From Lama glama (taxonomy: Eukaryota): a stretch of 64,000 nt of DNA. Of this stretch, positions 1 through 13,409 are shown piece by piece. The notes under the pieces are model-generated. The model did not search any database and was not told the origin of the DNA. It worked only from the letters and a program-made list of their open reading frames with translations. Made by a program: the position numbers and the translations under genes. Each line of letters opens with the position of its first letter. Position 1 is the stretch's first letter. Location: NCBI GenBank assembly GCA_028534125.1, contig CM052818.1, forward strand, positions 8,868,001 through 8,932,000. Reading direction: 5' to 3'.

Positions 1-47
1 TATGGTATGTGAATGCTCTCTCAGTAAAGCTGTTAGGAAAAAAAATA
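1..47 (+). mobile_element. L1 (L1M-type) extreme 3' end
   Basis: tatggtatgtgaat...ctcagtaaagctgtt followed by an A-run, typical of an L1M 3' terminus. Confidence 0.55.
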
Positions 48-787
48 CTTGGTGCAGATTTTGACTCACAAGATGATCTGTCCTTTGGCGAATGGGCTCT
101 GAATCGAGCCGCCGGTCAGCTATCCCACTGACCAGCACGCCCTCCTCAAATGCATTTTAAAAGCTCCTGGTACAAAGGGCTGTTGTCATTCACCCTTGAC
201 CTTCCTCCAGCCCTGACTAGTGGCCATCACGCCAGCCCCAGCTGCAGCAGGGCCCCAAGCTCCATCTGACGCTGTCATGTTTACTCAGGTGGAGAAAGTT
301 GCAAAGGCCCAACCGGCATGTGACCTACCAGCTCTGCCTGGGAGCGTGGAGGGGAGTGAGCTGTTTGGGTTGTCAAGAAAGTGACTTGAAGAGATCAGCA
401 GAGGCTCCAGGAGGAAGAGGACAAAACTGTGGGAGACCCCCCTCACACCCCACCCCGGATACTCGGGCCCCCAGAGCTATAGGCTTGCACACGGCCAGGG
501 GTCCAATAAGGCCTTCATTTCCAAAGAGAAGTCAACAGAAAATCTCTTCAAGCTGTACTTGCTCCTTCCTTGGGGTTGTGCCCAGGCCTTTGGATGGTCT
601 CCCTAGAGGATCGTGTGCCTTAAGATACCGATTCTCCTCACTGGCTGGGGCCTGGGGTGGCTGCAGCTCCTGGCCAGGTGACCTCAGTCTGTCAACAGCC
701 TGGGCCGGGGCTCCAGAACCTCAAGTGCACCTGAGCAAACCAGGTTGTGCCAAGAAGTACAAATGGCTGGGTGGAATGGTTGCCTCG

Positions 788-972
788 ACTAGGGGCTCTC
801 AAGGGGTGGTCCCGCCAACGTCACGCCCCCGGGGAACTTGTTAGGAATGCAGTTTCTCAGGCCACCCCAGACCTGTCAAATTGGAAGCTCCAGGGATGGG
901 GCCTGGCCATGCGTAAACGCTAACAAGCTGTCCTCGGCAGTCTGATGTACATTAGAGTTGGAAAACCACGGC
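788..972. mobile_element. MER5A-like hAT-Charlie MITE
   Basis: ctctcaag..gtggtccc...gaacttgttaggaatgca..tctcaggccaccccagacct...gagttggaaaaccac resembles the MER5A consensus. Confidence 0.65.
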
Positions 973-2759
973 ATAGATTCCAAGGTCCGTGAAGCAGGGG
1001 GACATTCGTCTGGCTCTAGTGTGTATCCTCGGCATCTCCTCACCGGGCCTGCTGGTATATAGTGAGCAACTGTGGACATGTTATTGTATGAATGAACTAA
1101 TGAATGATGAATGAATGGTTTAGCGCTTCTTGTCACTGACAGCTTCTCTCCAACCAAGTGCCAACCAGGACATTTGCAAGCTGATAAAAAGAGAAGGGTG
1201 TGGGTATATCTGATAATTCACTCCAGCTTCTCGTTGCCTTGGTTTGGTCTCTGAATTATTAAGCAGGACTCGCCACCCATTTCACATTTTCTTTTTACAG
1301 ATGAGGCCCTGGCTGTTTGACAACTTTTTTTCTAATCTCCAGAAACAAAAGCACTTTCCATTTGACTTTGGAACCAAGCTGCTCCCCTACATTACACTGG
1401 CCCTGGAAGGAAAGGAGGATGCAGCTGGAAGGATGTTTTTACCTTTTCAAGTTGAAATTATTATTATACAGCTACTCCCAGGAGACCCAAGAAACAGAGG
1501 CCAAGCATTTCTTGGAAACCCTGGGGTGGGCAGGTCACACACAAGGGACAGACCCGCTTCTCTCAGTGATCATTTGGTGGCCAGAGGCAGGGGGTGGTTC
1601 CATGCTTTCCCTCATCTGATTCTGAATCCCAGGCTGACTTGCTGCTTCTCTGGTATTGCTACCTGCCTCTAATGCCCCAAAGCTGGGATTTCTTTGGGCT
1701 CATATCTCCCGAAACCATCCATTTTGTCACCTAACCCTGTTCCCTTTCTCCTGTAATCGCACACATTTCAACTGGCAAGATGCTGGCCTCAGACAGGCTG
1801 GGCGCAGTGCCAGGACACGGAGTTGCTATTTCCGGAGCCATGGCTGCCTGCCGCTGGCCCTACCCTTGTGACGTTACCACACCAACTGATGTGCACTAAC
1901 CACTGTCTGGAGCCGTCTAACCTCCACCGGAGGTCCAGCACCTTCTCTTTGCTTTACACAGGTCTTCTGCAGCACTGTGATCGAACAACCAGGCTGAGAA
2001 ACTACCAGTCCCTTGTTTTCTGCAGGCTGTAGGCTCATAATGAAAAAATTCCTCCTAATGGATAACCAAGGCTTAAGTGCCGGGCTTTGGATTCCCCTTG
2101 CCCAGAGAGGTGAGCCTTTGTTTTTATCAAGTAGCTAAAGAGCTGATGGGAGGGCTTGGAAGGTAGCAGGAGAGGGGAGTTGCCCAAAGTGCAGGAAAGG
2201 AAGAGGGGCAAGAGTCATCTACCCTCACAGGTCTCTTGACTCATAGGGATCAGCTCCCAGGAGTGGTGGTGCTTCAAAGATGAGAGACAGGGGACCTGGG
2301 AACCTCTCCAAAGCTGTGTCTTAGCTTAGTTTGAAAGAGTTGGAGCCATGAGCCTGGAAGAGATTATGAGGACTGTGGACAAAAGGAACTAGGAGAAGCA
2401 GCCAACACTGGACTGAAGATAGGGACTCTTCCCAAGCCTGTGCAAGCCTGAGGTTCCTATGCACGCCCACAGGCTGGGTGGGGCTTGAGGGTGAGGAATG
2501 GAGTGGGAAAGGAAGGAGGAACTCCAACGGATGACAAAGATTGTCTTTCCCACCAACCCTAGTCAGCGGGGGACCAGATGAGATATGATTCGTCATTCCT
2601 CACACTCTGGGGATCTTGAAGAAAATCTCACCTCTCTAAAAACTGTAAGCTCGTAGAGACAGGGGACAAGTCTTGTTCTTTTATATTCCCTCCCAGCACC
2701 TAACAGTGACAGGCTCAAGGTAGGTGATGGATTAGCTGGGACTATGATCATTTCTTTGT

Positions 2760-2912
2760 GCTAATTTTCTTCCTCCCCCACCTCTCCTCCTCCTCGCTTC
2801 CTCTTCCTCATTCCACTTCTGCTTCCCCCTTCTCCTCCCTCTTCCCTCCTCCTTTTTTCCTTTTCCTTCTTCATCCTATTCTTCTTTTTCCTCCTCTTCT
2901 TCCACTTCTCTT
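2760..2912 (+). repeat. CT-rich low-complexity polypyrimidine tract
   Basis: ~150 nt almost entirely C/T, adjoining the tail of an antisense L1. Confidence 0.8.
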
Positions 2913-2914
2913 TA

Positions 2915-4090
2915 AAGTAACTTTTTCAGGTGTAATTTACACAATGGAATACACCCTTTTTAGTGTACCATTCTATTAGTTTTTGTAGACCCATCACAAT
3001 CAAGTTATAGAACATTTCTATCATCCTAAAGAGTTCCCTGTGCCCCTTTGCAGTCAGTGGCTTCCCCACCCCAGCCCCTGGCAATTTCATTTCAGTGGGG
3101 TCACACAGCACGTTACCTTTTTGTACCTGCTATGTTTACCTGGCATGATATTTTGGAGACATATCTGTGTTTTTGCATGTATGGGCAGTTCATTCATACT
3201 TATTGCTGAGTAGTAACCACTCACATGACTATGTCACAATTTGTTTATTCATCCATCTGTTAATAGAAATTTGGTTTGTTACGTAATAAATAAAGTGCCT
3301 ACAAACATTCATGTATAAGTCTTTCTGTGGGCATGCTTTCCTTTCTCTTCAGTAAATACCTAGGAGTAGAATTGTAAGGTCCCATGATAAGTACATATTT
3401 AAATTTTTAAGAAACTGCCGAACTATTTTCCAAGGTGCTTTTCTCATTTTACAGTTCTACCGGTAATGTGTGAGAGTCCCAGTTGTCCCACATCTTTGTC
3501 AACACTTGGTTTTGTCAATCTTTTCAATTTTAGTCATTCTAGCAGATATCCAGTGGTACTGTATTGTGACTTTTATGTGCATTTCTTTGATGACTAATGA
3601 TATTGAGCATCTTGTTATATATTTGTTTGGTATCCACATACCTTCTTCTGTGAAGGCTCTGGTCAAATTTTTTGCTTATATTTTTAAAAATAAATATTAT
3701 TTTGGAATAACTGCAGATTTACAGAAAAGTTACAAAGAAAATACAGAGAGTTCTGATACACCTTTTACCTTTTTGGTCATTTAAAAAATTGGGTTGTTTT
3801 CCTTATTATTATTGAATTTTAAGAGTCCATTTTATATTCTGATTCTGAGTCTTTGGTCAAATACATGCAATGCAAAAATTTTCTACCAGTCTTTGTTTTG
3901 CTTTTTATTTTTTTAGTGGTGTTTTCCAAACAACGGATGCTTTTTATTGACATTTTTTATCTTTATGAGTTTCAATTTGTCACTTTTCTTTTCTTCCACG
4001 GCAGTGCTTTTTTGTGTGTGTCCTGTCAAGCACAGTTTTGCCAACCACAAGCTTATGAGTTTATCCTATGTGTTCTTCTATACGTTTTTG
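2915..4090 (-). mobile_element. Old L1 (L1MB/MC-like) 3' region
   Basis: Antisense L1 motifs: aaatacctaggagtagaatt, gaaactgccgaactattttccaa, atttctttgatgactaatgatattgagcatc. Confidence 0.8.
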
Positions 4091-4329
4091 TTACTCACTT
4101 TTTACTTTAACATAACTCAGGGGGGTGATTAGTTAACATCTAAAATGCCCTAATCATAAATAACACTCCAGAGGGGATTATTTAGCAGTTCAAAAATGCT
4201 ATCAAAATCTACACCAGAGGTTTTGGTAGTTCGCCTAAGGGAAGCTAGAAATGCATTTTCATGCCATGCAAGATATCATAGCCCTATCAAGTCTGTCAGA
4301 GTCATAGTCAAAACGTGACAGTTGACTAA

Positions 4330-5013
4330 GAGGTAGCAGGCTGCAGGAAGGAGTTATAAGGGTCTATCAGGTGGGCCTCAGGGTCTAACACCTTCCCCGA
4401 GGATTCCCCTGTGTCCCACCACCCACTCCCTCACTGAGGGGCCAGTTACCTGCCTCAGCCACGAGGCTACCTGATGCTGGGACCCAGAGAGTGTGACATC
4501 ACTGAGACAGGAGGGAAGGGGACAGGACACAACCGTTAAAACAATGACACAGCCACTGAGGATACAACAAAAACCAGTTAGAACCAACTAGGCCAAGGTG
4601 GTAAAAGATTTACCTTTCAGTAGACCTTGAGCCTCATTACAGGCTCACTGTAACACATTAGCATGCTAAATGTCGCCCCCACAGACACCAAGGCAGTCCC
4701 GAGGCTGACCATTAAAGGCCCCAAAGTGGGCGGTGGCCCAATCCCCACCCCTTCCCCAAAGCAGCTGGAATAATCCTCCCACTTGTTAGCCTGTGAAATT
4801 ACCCAGCCCATAAAAAATAGCCCTGTACCCCAGGGCCGCTCTCGCTTTCTGAGAAGGCCCACGTTCCGTCTGTGGAATGTATCTCACTAAATAAATCTGT
4901 TTTCACTCTACTCTGGCTCACTCTTGAACCTTTTCCTGCATGAAGCTAAGGACCAGGGACTCGGCCGGGACCTGGGCTGTGACCATTCTCTCGCTCCCCC
5001 TTCTCCTGCAGCA
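4330..5013 (+). mobile_element. ERV solo LTR (ERV1-like); boundaries approximate
   Basis: LTR architecture: U3-like region, TATA-like cataaaaa at ~4808, AATAAA at 4890-4895, U5-like ctcactcttgaac..ttcctgcatgaagc, ending ...gcagca. Confidence 0.6.
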
Positions 5014-5814
5014 TCACCTCAGAGAGGAGCTCTCAGTAAAGGGGCCGGGGGGTTCTCAGGGCAGAGAGCAGGGCTTCCTGCACATGCTGTATCACTGTTT
5101 TTGTGACAGTTTGCTGGGAAACATTCAGGTATTTGGTGGACTTTGGTCTCAGACTTGTTCTCAGTGGAGCAAACAGCCTGGTAGGAGGTTGGTGTGACCT
5201 TTAAAGGATCCCAAACTGACCCAAAAAAAACCTTGAAGTCAAATCAGCTTCTGCTGGTTCATATCAGAAGGGAAAGAAAGAAATCATTCCAGGTGTACTA
5301 TCTAGAATTGTTGTGCAAGTATCTTCACAATGAGAATTATAACTGAAGGAAGGAGGCCTTCCAATTTTGAAGATTGTGGCCCACATCAGGCCCACATTGG
5401 GCCAGAGCTGTACAGAGCTGGGATGGGGACTCTGTGCCTCAGAACGACTTCTCCTCCATGGCTGCTGAGATGCTCCCAGACCTGATCCTGCTCCATCTGC
5501 CACCAGAACCCTCCCTCAGACTCTGAATTTTCTCTCTATAGTCAGGACCCACCTCTGATTATTGTCTTTTCCTCCTGATAACGTGCCCCTCAGCCAGGAC
5601 CAGAAGGGCCTCTGCCATACAGGAGAACCACAACTGGCCATGCAGGTGAATCCTGCGGTGGGGAGCGGGGGTAGTGGCTCTGCCTTCAAGGGACTCTGAA
5701 GGGACCACTGTTTCGCTACATCAAGTCTTTATCCTGACTCTTTCTTCCATTATCACACAAGCAATCCTTGTCATTGCAGACAAATCAGATACGTGGAAAA
5801 ACAAAAAGAAAACA

Positions 5815-6770
5815 ACCAAAATCCCACCAACAGGCAAAATTGAATAGACATTTCTCCAAAAAATATGTATAAACGACCAGCAAGTCCGTGAAAAGATGCT
5901 CAACATCATTAGTCATTAGGGAAACGCCATTCAAACCACAATGAGATATCACTTCATACCTATTATGATGGTTATTACCAAACAACCAGAAAATAATAAG
6001 AGTTGGTGAGGATGCGGAGAACTTGGGAAATCTCATATGTTGCTGGTGGAAATGTAAAATGGTGCAACCACTGTGGAAAAACAGTTTGGCAGTTTCTCAA
6101 GAAGTTAAATATAGAATTACCATAGGATCCAGCAATTCCACTTCTTGGTATACAACCAAAAGAAATGACAATATATGTTCACAAAAGAATTGTACTCAAA
6201 AATTCATAGCATCATTATTCATGACAGTCAAAAAGTGAAAACAACCCAAATTTCCATCAACTGTCCAATAAACAAAATGTGGCATGTCCACACAACATAA
6301 TCTTACTTGGAATAAAAAGGAATGAGGCACTGACACATGCTACTACAGGGTGAACTGTGAAGATATTATGCTAAAAGAAGGCAGTCACAAGAGGTCACAC
6401 ATCGTATGACTCCACATCTAGGAAGTGTCCAGAGTAGGCAAAGCCATAGAAGAGATTAGTTGTTGCCAAGGACTGGGGAGGGGAATGGCTGCTAATGTGT
6501 ATGGGATTTTTTTCAGGTCATGAAAATTTTCCAGAATTAGATAGTGGTGATGGCTACACAACCCTGAATATACTGAAAACCACTAAATGGTACACTTTAA
6601 AATGGGGAAGTGGAGAGGTGGGTATAGCTCAATGGTAGAGCTCATGCTTAGCAGGCTTGTGGTACCAGGTTCAATCCTCAGTACCTCCATTAAAAAAAAA
6701 AAAACTAAAAAACAAAACAATGAAGTGAATGGTAAAGTTTGCGGTATGTGAATTACATCTCAATCAAAAG
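5815..6770 (+). mobile_element. L1MB-like ORF2 end and 3'UTR, interrupted by a SINE
   Basis: gaaaagatgctcaacatcattagtcattagggaaa, tgctggtggaaatgtaaaatggtgcaaccactgtggaaaa, ccagcaattccactt, 3' end gtatgtgaattacatctcaat. Confidence 0.9.
6615..6720 (+). mobile_element. tRNA-derived camelid SINE (vic-1-like)
   Basis: A box tagctcaatgg, B box ggttcaatcc, cagtacctcc, then an A-rich tail. Confidence 0.85.
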
Positions 6771-7881
6771 TACATCTTATCAATCAACCATAAGCACTGA
6801 ATGTTGAGATAGAGATCTTTCCAGGTCTATACTGCATATATATATACTTTTCAAAAAGAGACTCTAATATTTGCATTGTTTGTTAACATTTTTGGAATAT
6901 CTGTATGTCAATAAATTGTCCACTTTTATGGCAACATACATGCTGTCCCATGTGGCAATTATTTAGCCAATCTCTTGTTGTTACATATTTAGGCTGTTTC
7001 TAGTTTTTACTATTAATAAACAGCATTCTTGAGTATACCTCTTGATTTATATTTCTAAGTATTCTCTTAAGATAAATTTCTAGGAGGACCACTGGATTTT
7101 TAAGATGCTGAGGAAGTAACTTGCTGCCCAGAACTTTGTGTAATTTCATGCCCATCCGGAAAGGTGAGGGAACCCCAGCCCCCAAATCTTCTCCCACACT
7201 AGGCATTTTCATTCATTTCCATCTTTGCTTATTTGCAGGTGGAAACGTAGTCTCACATTCCTGTTTGATTTCTAACCACTTTCAGTTCCGAGACTTTGCG
7301 GCTCTCCACCCTCTAAAAGATGACATTTGAGTTTCGTGACCTGGATGGACAGCATTGGGAGAGAAGCTCCTCTTTCATTTGTTTTCCCTTTCACTCTGAG
7401 CTTTGAGGCCAACTGTTCTCAGATAGTAGCTCTAAGCCCTCTTGACAGCAGGCATTCGACCCTGCTGACACCATGACCAAAGTTACAAATAATGATAGCA
7501 CATTGGTACTCCAGAGCACCATTGTAGACAATGTTTTTGCTAAAGGAAAGCCGCCTGAGGTGACAATGTGCTGTGGACATATTGAGTAATCGGGACAAAT
7601 GACTTTCCATCTGGAGCTCCCACAGCAGGGAGATTCTCCCGTGCACGCTCCACTATAGCCAACATGATGACACACACCGTGAGGGTGTAAGCCATGCTCA
7701 GTGGAGACAGAGATTACCCCACTCACCCACAGCACGTGGGTTTATTCCTTGCACAACAGTTGGTGCTCAGGTCATATAGAAATATAGGTGTCCCGTTGAG
7801 GCCTGCAAGGGCGAGGCTGGGACCCTCCAGGAGAGTGAGGTCATTCCCAGAGTCAAGCCCTAGTCAGTCTGGAGAATGTTA

Positions 7882-7901
7882 TCTCTCTCTCTCTCTCTCT
7901 C
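7882..7901 (+). repeat. (TC)10 microsatellite
   Basis: tctctctctctctctctctc. Confidence 0.9.
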
Positions 7902-8414
7902 ACCCTAAGAATCTTGTCCTGGAATCTGAGATGCTCTTGGGTGGAGAGTGATAAGACGTAGGCCCCACGTGGAGACCAGTTAGGAGCTAGGAAATCAGGA
8001 CCTTCCTAAATCAAAAGGGACTTTCATTAATCACTTCATGGAGACTCATCATGTGTTCTACGCTTCTTGTCCTTTCATTTGGACACGGGTGGAGAGGGGC
8101 TGGGACCAAGAGGGGAACAGCAAGTTCATCATAAAATCTTAAGTGAACATAGATAGGATTCTAAACTAAATTGTTTGTAATGCAGTCTCAGTTATGTGTA
8201 ACACACATACTTGTGTTGATTTTTATTTTCTTCTGGGTATTCTATATTCTCTCCAATGAGCAATCGGTGTGCATTACTTTTATAATAAGAAACACGTAGA
8301 CATTATTTTTAAACAAAGACTATTGACAGGATTCCAGTTTACAAAGAACACCAGCTGAAGAGCTGTGAGTGGCAGTCAGAGCTGATTGCTTACTCAGCTG
8401 CCCTTTCCTCTTCT

Positions 8415-8495
8415 TTCTTTTTTTTTTTTTTAATGGAGGTACTGGGGATTGAACTCAGGACCTTGAGCATGTAAGCATACACACTAATCCTCCTC
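8415..8495 (-). mobile_element. vic-1-like SINE (degenerate 5' end)
   Basis: T-run followed by aatggaggtactggggattgaactcaggacc, the reverse complement of the SINE 3' half. Confidence 0.8.
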
Positions 8496-8499
8496 CCCG

Positions 8500-9010
8500 T
8501 TCCTCTTTGTTCTTGATTACAGAAAACTCTTGATTCGGGGTCAGTATACCCAGCTGAAAAAGGTTAATTATAATTGGTCCAAATCTCTTTCTCTTTGTCA
8601 GTAATTGGTCTAAGGATGGGTACATGACCCACTCCTGGCCAAAAAAACACAGGAAGGAGACTGTTATGGAAGATTTCACTCTTCAGTTAATAATAAGAGA
8701 GAGAGAGAGAGAATCACAAGAGGAAAAAGCCTCCAGAGTGCTCCTCCTTAAACTTTCTGTTAGGATGCTGTCACAGGAAGACAGTATTTGGTGCTACAGC
8801 AGACATCCTGTGACCAAGAGGGGAGACACTGCCAACATGCTGAGATGGCAGAAAGAAAAGATGAGAAGACTCCAGGTTTTCAATGACATCACTGAGCCAC
8901 CAAACTCGGCCTTAAACTACCTACTACCAGACTTGTTATATAAAGTAATAACTATGTATTGTTGAAATTATTTTAGTTGATATTCTATTATCTGCTGCCA
9001 AATACATCCC
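8500..9010 (+). mobile_element. MLT1-type MaLR LTR
   Basis: catgacccactcctggcc, ccaacatgctgagatggcagaaag, caatgacatcactgagcc, tattctattatctgctgccaaatacatcc. Confidence 0.6.
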
Positions 9011-9344
9011 CAAAAATATTCACTATCAAGAGATAAGTTTAGAAACCAGGAGTTGAGGATATATTCAGATGCTTGAAGCCACTGGAAGAGCTAGGGAAAA
9101 GCCATGTTGAGTGGGACAGGTCAGAGATGATACTCAAAATATTTAATAACTTGTCCATTATGGATGCACAAAAAAATATGAAAGAACATTGGCCCAGCCA
9201 GGATGGACACCAAACACAGATAATAGACAAGCCCATGTCAGTGTGTCCCAGCTGAGTGTCAGCCCCAGATAGGTAGAAAAGGCAACTCAGGCGACCCGAT
9301 TAAATCCATGTTTAGGGATGAATTTGCTTGGACTAGATTCTGCC

Positions 9345-9770
9345 ATTAAGGGACCAGGTGCTTTCTCTATTTCTCTAGACATGGTCAAAATGTGGCATTT
9401 TATGCCCTGGGTTTGGGAGTAAGAAGGCAGCCACAGTCCAAGACGTTCAATCATCACCCAACTCTTTTCAAAGAGAAGTCAGTTTCTCCTTATACATCTC
9501 ATTTTCTCTGAGAGAAACATTTTCCCCAGAAGCCCTGCTGCAGACTTCCCCTCACACACCTTTGGCTAGAACATGCTCATCCATAAACAGTTACTGGCAA
9601 AGGGGAACAGAGTTACAATTATTGGCTCATATCAATTGAGATTCATCTGCCAGGGCTGGGGAAGGACACACTTTCTCTGAGCACTGCGCATCCTGGTACC
9701 TGAACTGACTCAATGTGCTACCGGCAAGAAAAAAGGCTGAAATGTTTATTAGGTAGCAAGCAAGAGGGTC
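9345..9770 (-). mobile_element. MLT1-type MaLR LTR fragment
   Basis: ttccccagaagccc..cagacttccctca..ttggctagaac..actggcaaaggggaa. Confidence 0.5.
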
Positions 9771-9871
9771 TTCCACTGACACTCTGCTATATCCATCTGT
9801 ATGTATATATGCAAGTACATTCATAGGTCAAAGTCCTTGCAATGGACTTGTTTGTTCACTTAAAATATGAA

Positions 9872-10282
9872 CACACATCAGTGGATAAAAGGATAGATAA
9901 AATGTGGTACGTACATCAAAGGGACTATAATTCAGTCTTAAAAGGGAATGGAGTTCTGACACATGGTATGACACAGACAGACCTTAAAGACATTATGTTA
10001 AGTGAAATAAGCCAGATACAAAAAGACAAACATTGTACAATTCCATTCATATGAGGTACCTAGAATAGTCAAATTCATAGAAACAGAAAGTTGAATGATG
10101 GTTACCAGGGGCTGGGGTCAAGGAGAATGGGAAGTTATTTTTGAAATTTCAGTTTCAGAAGATTAAAATAGTGGTAATGGTTGAACAACAATGTGAATGG
10201 ACTTAATAGCATTGAACTGTACACTTAAAAATGGTTAAAATGGCAAGTTTTATGTTATGTGTATTTTATTATAAATTTTTTT
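9872..10282 (+). mobile_element. L1MA/MB 3'UTR
   Basis: ataaaatgtggtac, gacattatgttaagtgaaataagccagatacaaaaagacaaa, tgaactgtacacttaaaaatggttaaaatgg. Confidence 0.9.
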
Positions 10283-11575
10283 TAAATGTTGATAGATATT
10301 GCCAAATTGTCCTAAAAGAGGCTTTAGCATTTCCCTCTCCCACTCCTAGGACATAGGACAGTGCTTGCGTTGCCCACAATGTGCTGAGCCCAGTGCTAGA
10401 TCAACAGTCACCAGGTGGTGGCACAGAGGGACTTGGTGGATATAAAGACCAGCGGTACCTTTATAGGAGCAGTAGCAGAAAAGTCCAGTTTCAGAAATAG
10501 AAGAGGAAGCTCCAGGAGGGGAGGGCTATTAGTCATTTCTCTGTCTTCCTGGAGTTTCATCCACCTCTGGGCTTCCTTTTCCGAATCACTTCAACCCCAT
10601 CCAAGGTTCTACTTCTCTTTGGCTGTCTGACCTGAGTGAGGACAGCGGTCTAGGACCCTGCTTCCCCTTAAGGAAAATTAACCCCAAAATGGAAATTCAG
10701 CAGAAAGATTACTGTATGACCTTTCAAAGCCATATGACTCTGTGTAACAACCTGCCTATGAGTCATCTGATTTCATGAGGGATGTAACTTGTTTGACCTA
10801 CAATTTACAATTGGCTAGACCAGGCTCTGTAAAGCCACACTTAATGTGTAAAAGAGTGATAAGTTTTGCAAATGACTTTCTTTCTGGTAAAGATGTAAAT
10901 GATTTCTGTCTGGTAGAAAAGATAAGCCCAAAGGTCACCATTTGATTGCCCAATAAGGACGCTAACCTGTTGAGTAACTCGGCTGTCTTATTTTAACATT
11001 CCTCCTGTTCACTGAGTGAATATCCTTCAGTCTGTTCTCCTCTGAACTAGCTTTGTTATCCTACTGGTTCCCTCCTTCATGAGCTAAAGAAATATTTGAC
11101 AAGGGCTCACCATGTACTTGTATACGAGCTCTGTTTTTAACTTTTTGAAAATTAAACTTTGACACTCTTAGCCCAGCTGTAGGAGGCTTTTGAAATGACT
11201 TTGCTAAACATGAAAGAAAGAGAATAAACAAGGAATTTAAGAAGCACCAAAACAGTCTGGCTTCCGATCTGATCACAGTTAAGGTGTTATCTCCTTCAGG
11301 CCTTGTGTGTCCCCAGAGATGACAGAGTTGTGCAGAAGGCCACCCTGACCCTCCTGGGTTTCCTTCCTTGCTCCCCACCATCTGCACAGACGGGGCCATC
11401 TGACCAGCTGCCAACCCCATGCCTTCCGGCCTCCAGAGTGAGACCAGGAGAGTGTCAATGTCTACCACTCAGGTTTGGACTGTTATGCGATCTGGGGCTC
11501 CACCCTTCCCAGAAGGGTTAGCAAGACTCTAAGGATCAGTCACTGCTGGATCCTCCGTCCTCCAGACTCTGCCCG

Positions 11576-11678
11576 GTTTGTTTGTTGTTTGTTTGTGTAT
11601 TAATGGAAGTACTGAGGATTGAACCCAAGGCCTCGTGCATGTTAATCACGCACTCCATCGCGGAGCTATTACCCCCAC
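11576..11678 (-). mobile_element. vic-1-like SINE
   Basis: (gttt)n tail followed by aatggaagtactgaggattgaacccaaggcctcgtgcatg...gagctatta. Confidence 0.8.
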
Positions 11679-11984
11679 CCACTCCCCGGGCGCTGCCTGG
11701 GACTCCTCCAAGTTCTATAGGAAAACCCCATACTCACTGTACCTGACTCAGATGTGGGCTGGGACGTCCTCAGCCTCAGGGAGTGGCCCCGTCCTTAAGC
11801 TTTACATTGAAATGGTTCCACCTGTGCCTTCCTGGGCTTTTCCCTTCTCGCGGACACCTCCTGCCAGTTTTCCTGTTCCCACTACACGCCTCAGTCAGGC
11901 ACCGCAGCTGTTTCTTTCTCTAGGTCCTAGTCCTAGAACCCAGCTCTCTCTTCATTTTTGCAGAGCCATCACTTGCCCAGAGCA

Positions 11985-12400
11985 GCTGCGTGCAGCAGAC
12001 TTGCATATAGGCTGGAGAGAGGCCACCGTGCAGCCCCGCGAAGCCCCGCGTCCACACCTGCAGCCGGACCTGCGAGCGCGCGTGCGCTCTGGGCTGTTCC
12101 GCCGGCTCTCCCGCCCCAGGCCTCGCTCTGCGCTGTCTGGACATGAAGCGCTCGGTTCTCCTCTCTGTAAGCCTCTCCGCGTGTCCTCCCTTCTCTCCCC
12201 TGCCTCGCAGCCTCTCTCTCCAGGGCTGCCTCTAGGAATTCTAAATTCCCCCCACTTCCCCTGGGAAGGCGAAGCCGCGCCTTTGGCCTGGACCTGAGTG
12301 AGCGGGCACCGAGGCCCAGAGGGATAATCCCGGACCCAGAGCCACGCCCCTCAGGCAAAATAAGCCGCTCCTCCAGGATGCGAGGGTGGCAGCAGTCGGT
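11985..12400. promoter_or_regulatory. Orphan CpG-rich island (candidate enhancer or lncRNA promoter)
   Basis: Local cluster of CpGs (GCGAGCGCGCGTGCGC, CCCGCCCC, GCCACGCCCC) in otherwise CpG-depleted intergenic DNA. Confidence 0.5.
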
Positions 12401-12942
12401 ACCTCTTTAAAAAAGCCAGCTTTTCTTCTCCCACCACACACGGGACAGAGCAATACAAATGAATAGCAAAATGGAGGAAGGGAAGAGGAAATGTCTCCTG
12501 TCACGGGGCTCTCAGGGAAACCACTCCTAAATTTATCATGTATTGTAAATATTATATTCTCTCTCTCAGAGTCCAAAAAAGAGCTGAATTAAGAACTGCC
12601 CTTTGGGAAGAACCTAGTTTTCCTAAAGGCTCAAGAAGTCTTCCGGGCAGAGATCATTCATATCTGACTCCAGGCACATGGTCCAAGGGCTCTTTGCTGA
12701 ACCACAAAATAGGTTCCTCCCCCCTGGGTGCTGCAAGCAGCCATGAAGTGGTCAGAACCAAAACAGCAGCATGAGACCTGCTGAGCCAGCAAAATATCCT
12801 GCACCAGGCATGGACTCGGAGCCTCCATTCTCTAGGCAGCAAAAGAAATCAAGAAATCAAGGAACAGTTGAGCCGCATGTTGCAATTTCTTAAAATAAAA
12901 CTAATTTTGAATTTCATCAAGGCTTCATTTTGTTTTGCAATA

Positions 12943-13409
12943 CAAGGATACCTCGTTTTTGTGTGTCTGTTTTGCTTTGTTGCACTTTGTAGATACTACA
13001 TTTTATACAAACTGAAGGCTTGTGGCAACCCTGCATTGGCCAAGTCTTTTGGTGCCATTGTTGCAACAGCATTTGCTCACTTTGTGCCTGACTGTCACAT
13101 TTTGCTAATTCTCCTAACATTTCAAGCTTTTTCATTATTATTATGTTTGTTATGGTGATGGTGATCAGAGATCTTTGGTATCACTACTGCAACTCTCTGA
13201 CGGCTCAAATGATCTGATTTTTAAGCAATAAGGCATTTTTAAATTAAGGTATGCACTTTTTTTTAGACATAACGCTATAGCATACTTAATTGACTACAGT
13301 ATAGTTTAAAATTAACTTTTATATACACTGGGAAACCAAAAACATTCATGTGACTTGCTTTATTGTGATGACTTGGAACCTACACTGCAGTATCTCCGAG
13401 GCATGCCTG
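12943..13409 (+). mobile_element. Internally deleted Tigger1-derived element (TcMar) with both TIRs and TA TSD
   Basis: TA|caaggatacctcg ... cgaggcatgcctg|TA; interior matches the Tigger1 ends (gaaggcttgtggcaaccctgc; ggaaaccaaaa..tgtgacttgctttattg). Confidence 0.85.

Noticed and set aside
299..844. 181-aa ORF
   Set aside because: Non-ATG (TTG) start, no recognisable domain, and it runs into a MER5A-like repeat.
11635..12297. 220-aa ORF and overlapping ORFs
   Set aside because: It starts inside a SINE (GTG) and is open because of GC richness; no protein family resemblance.
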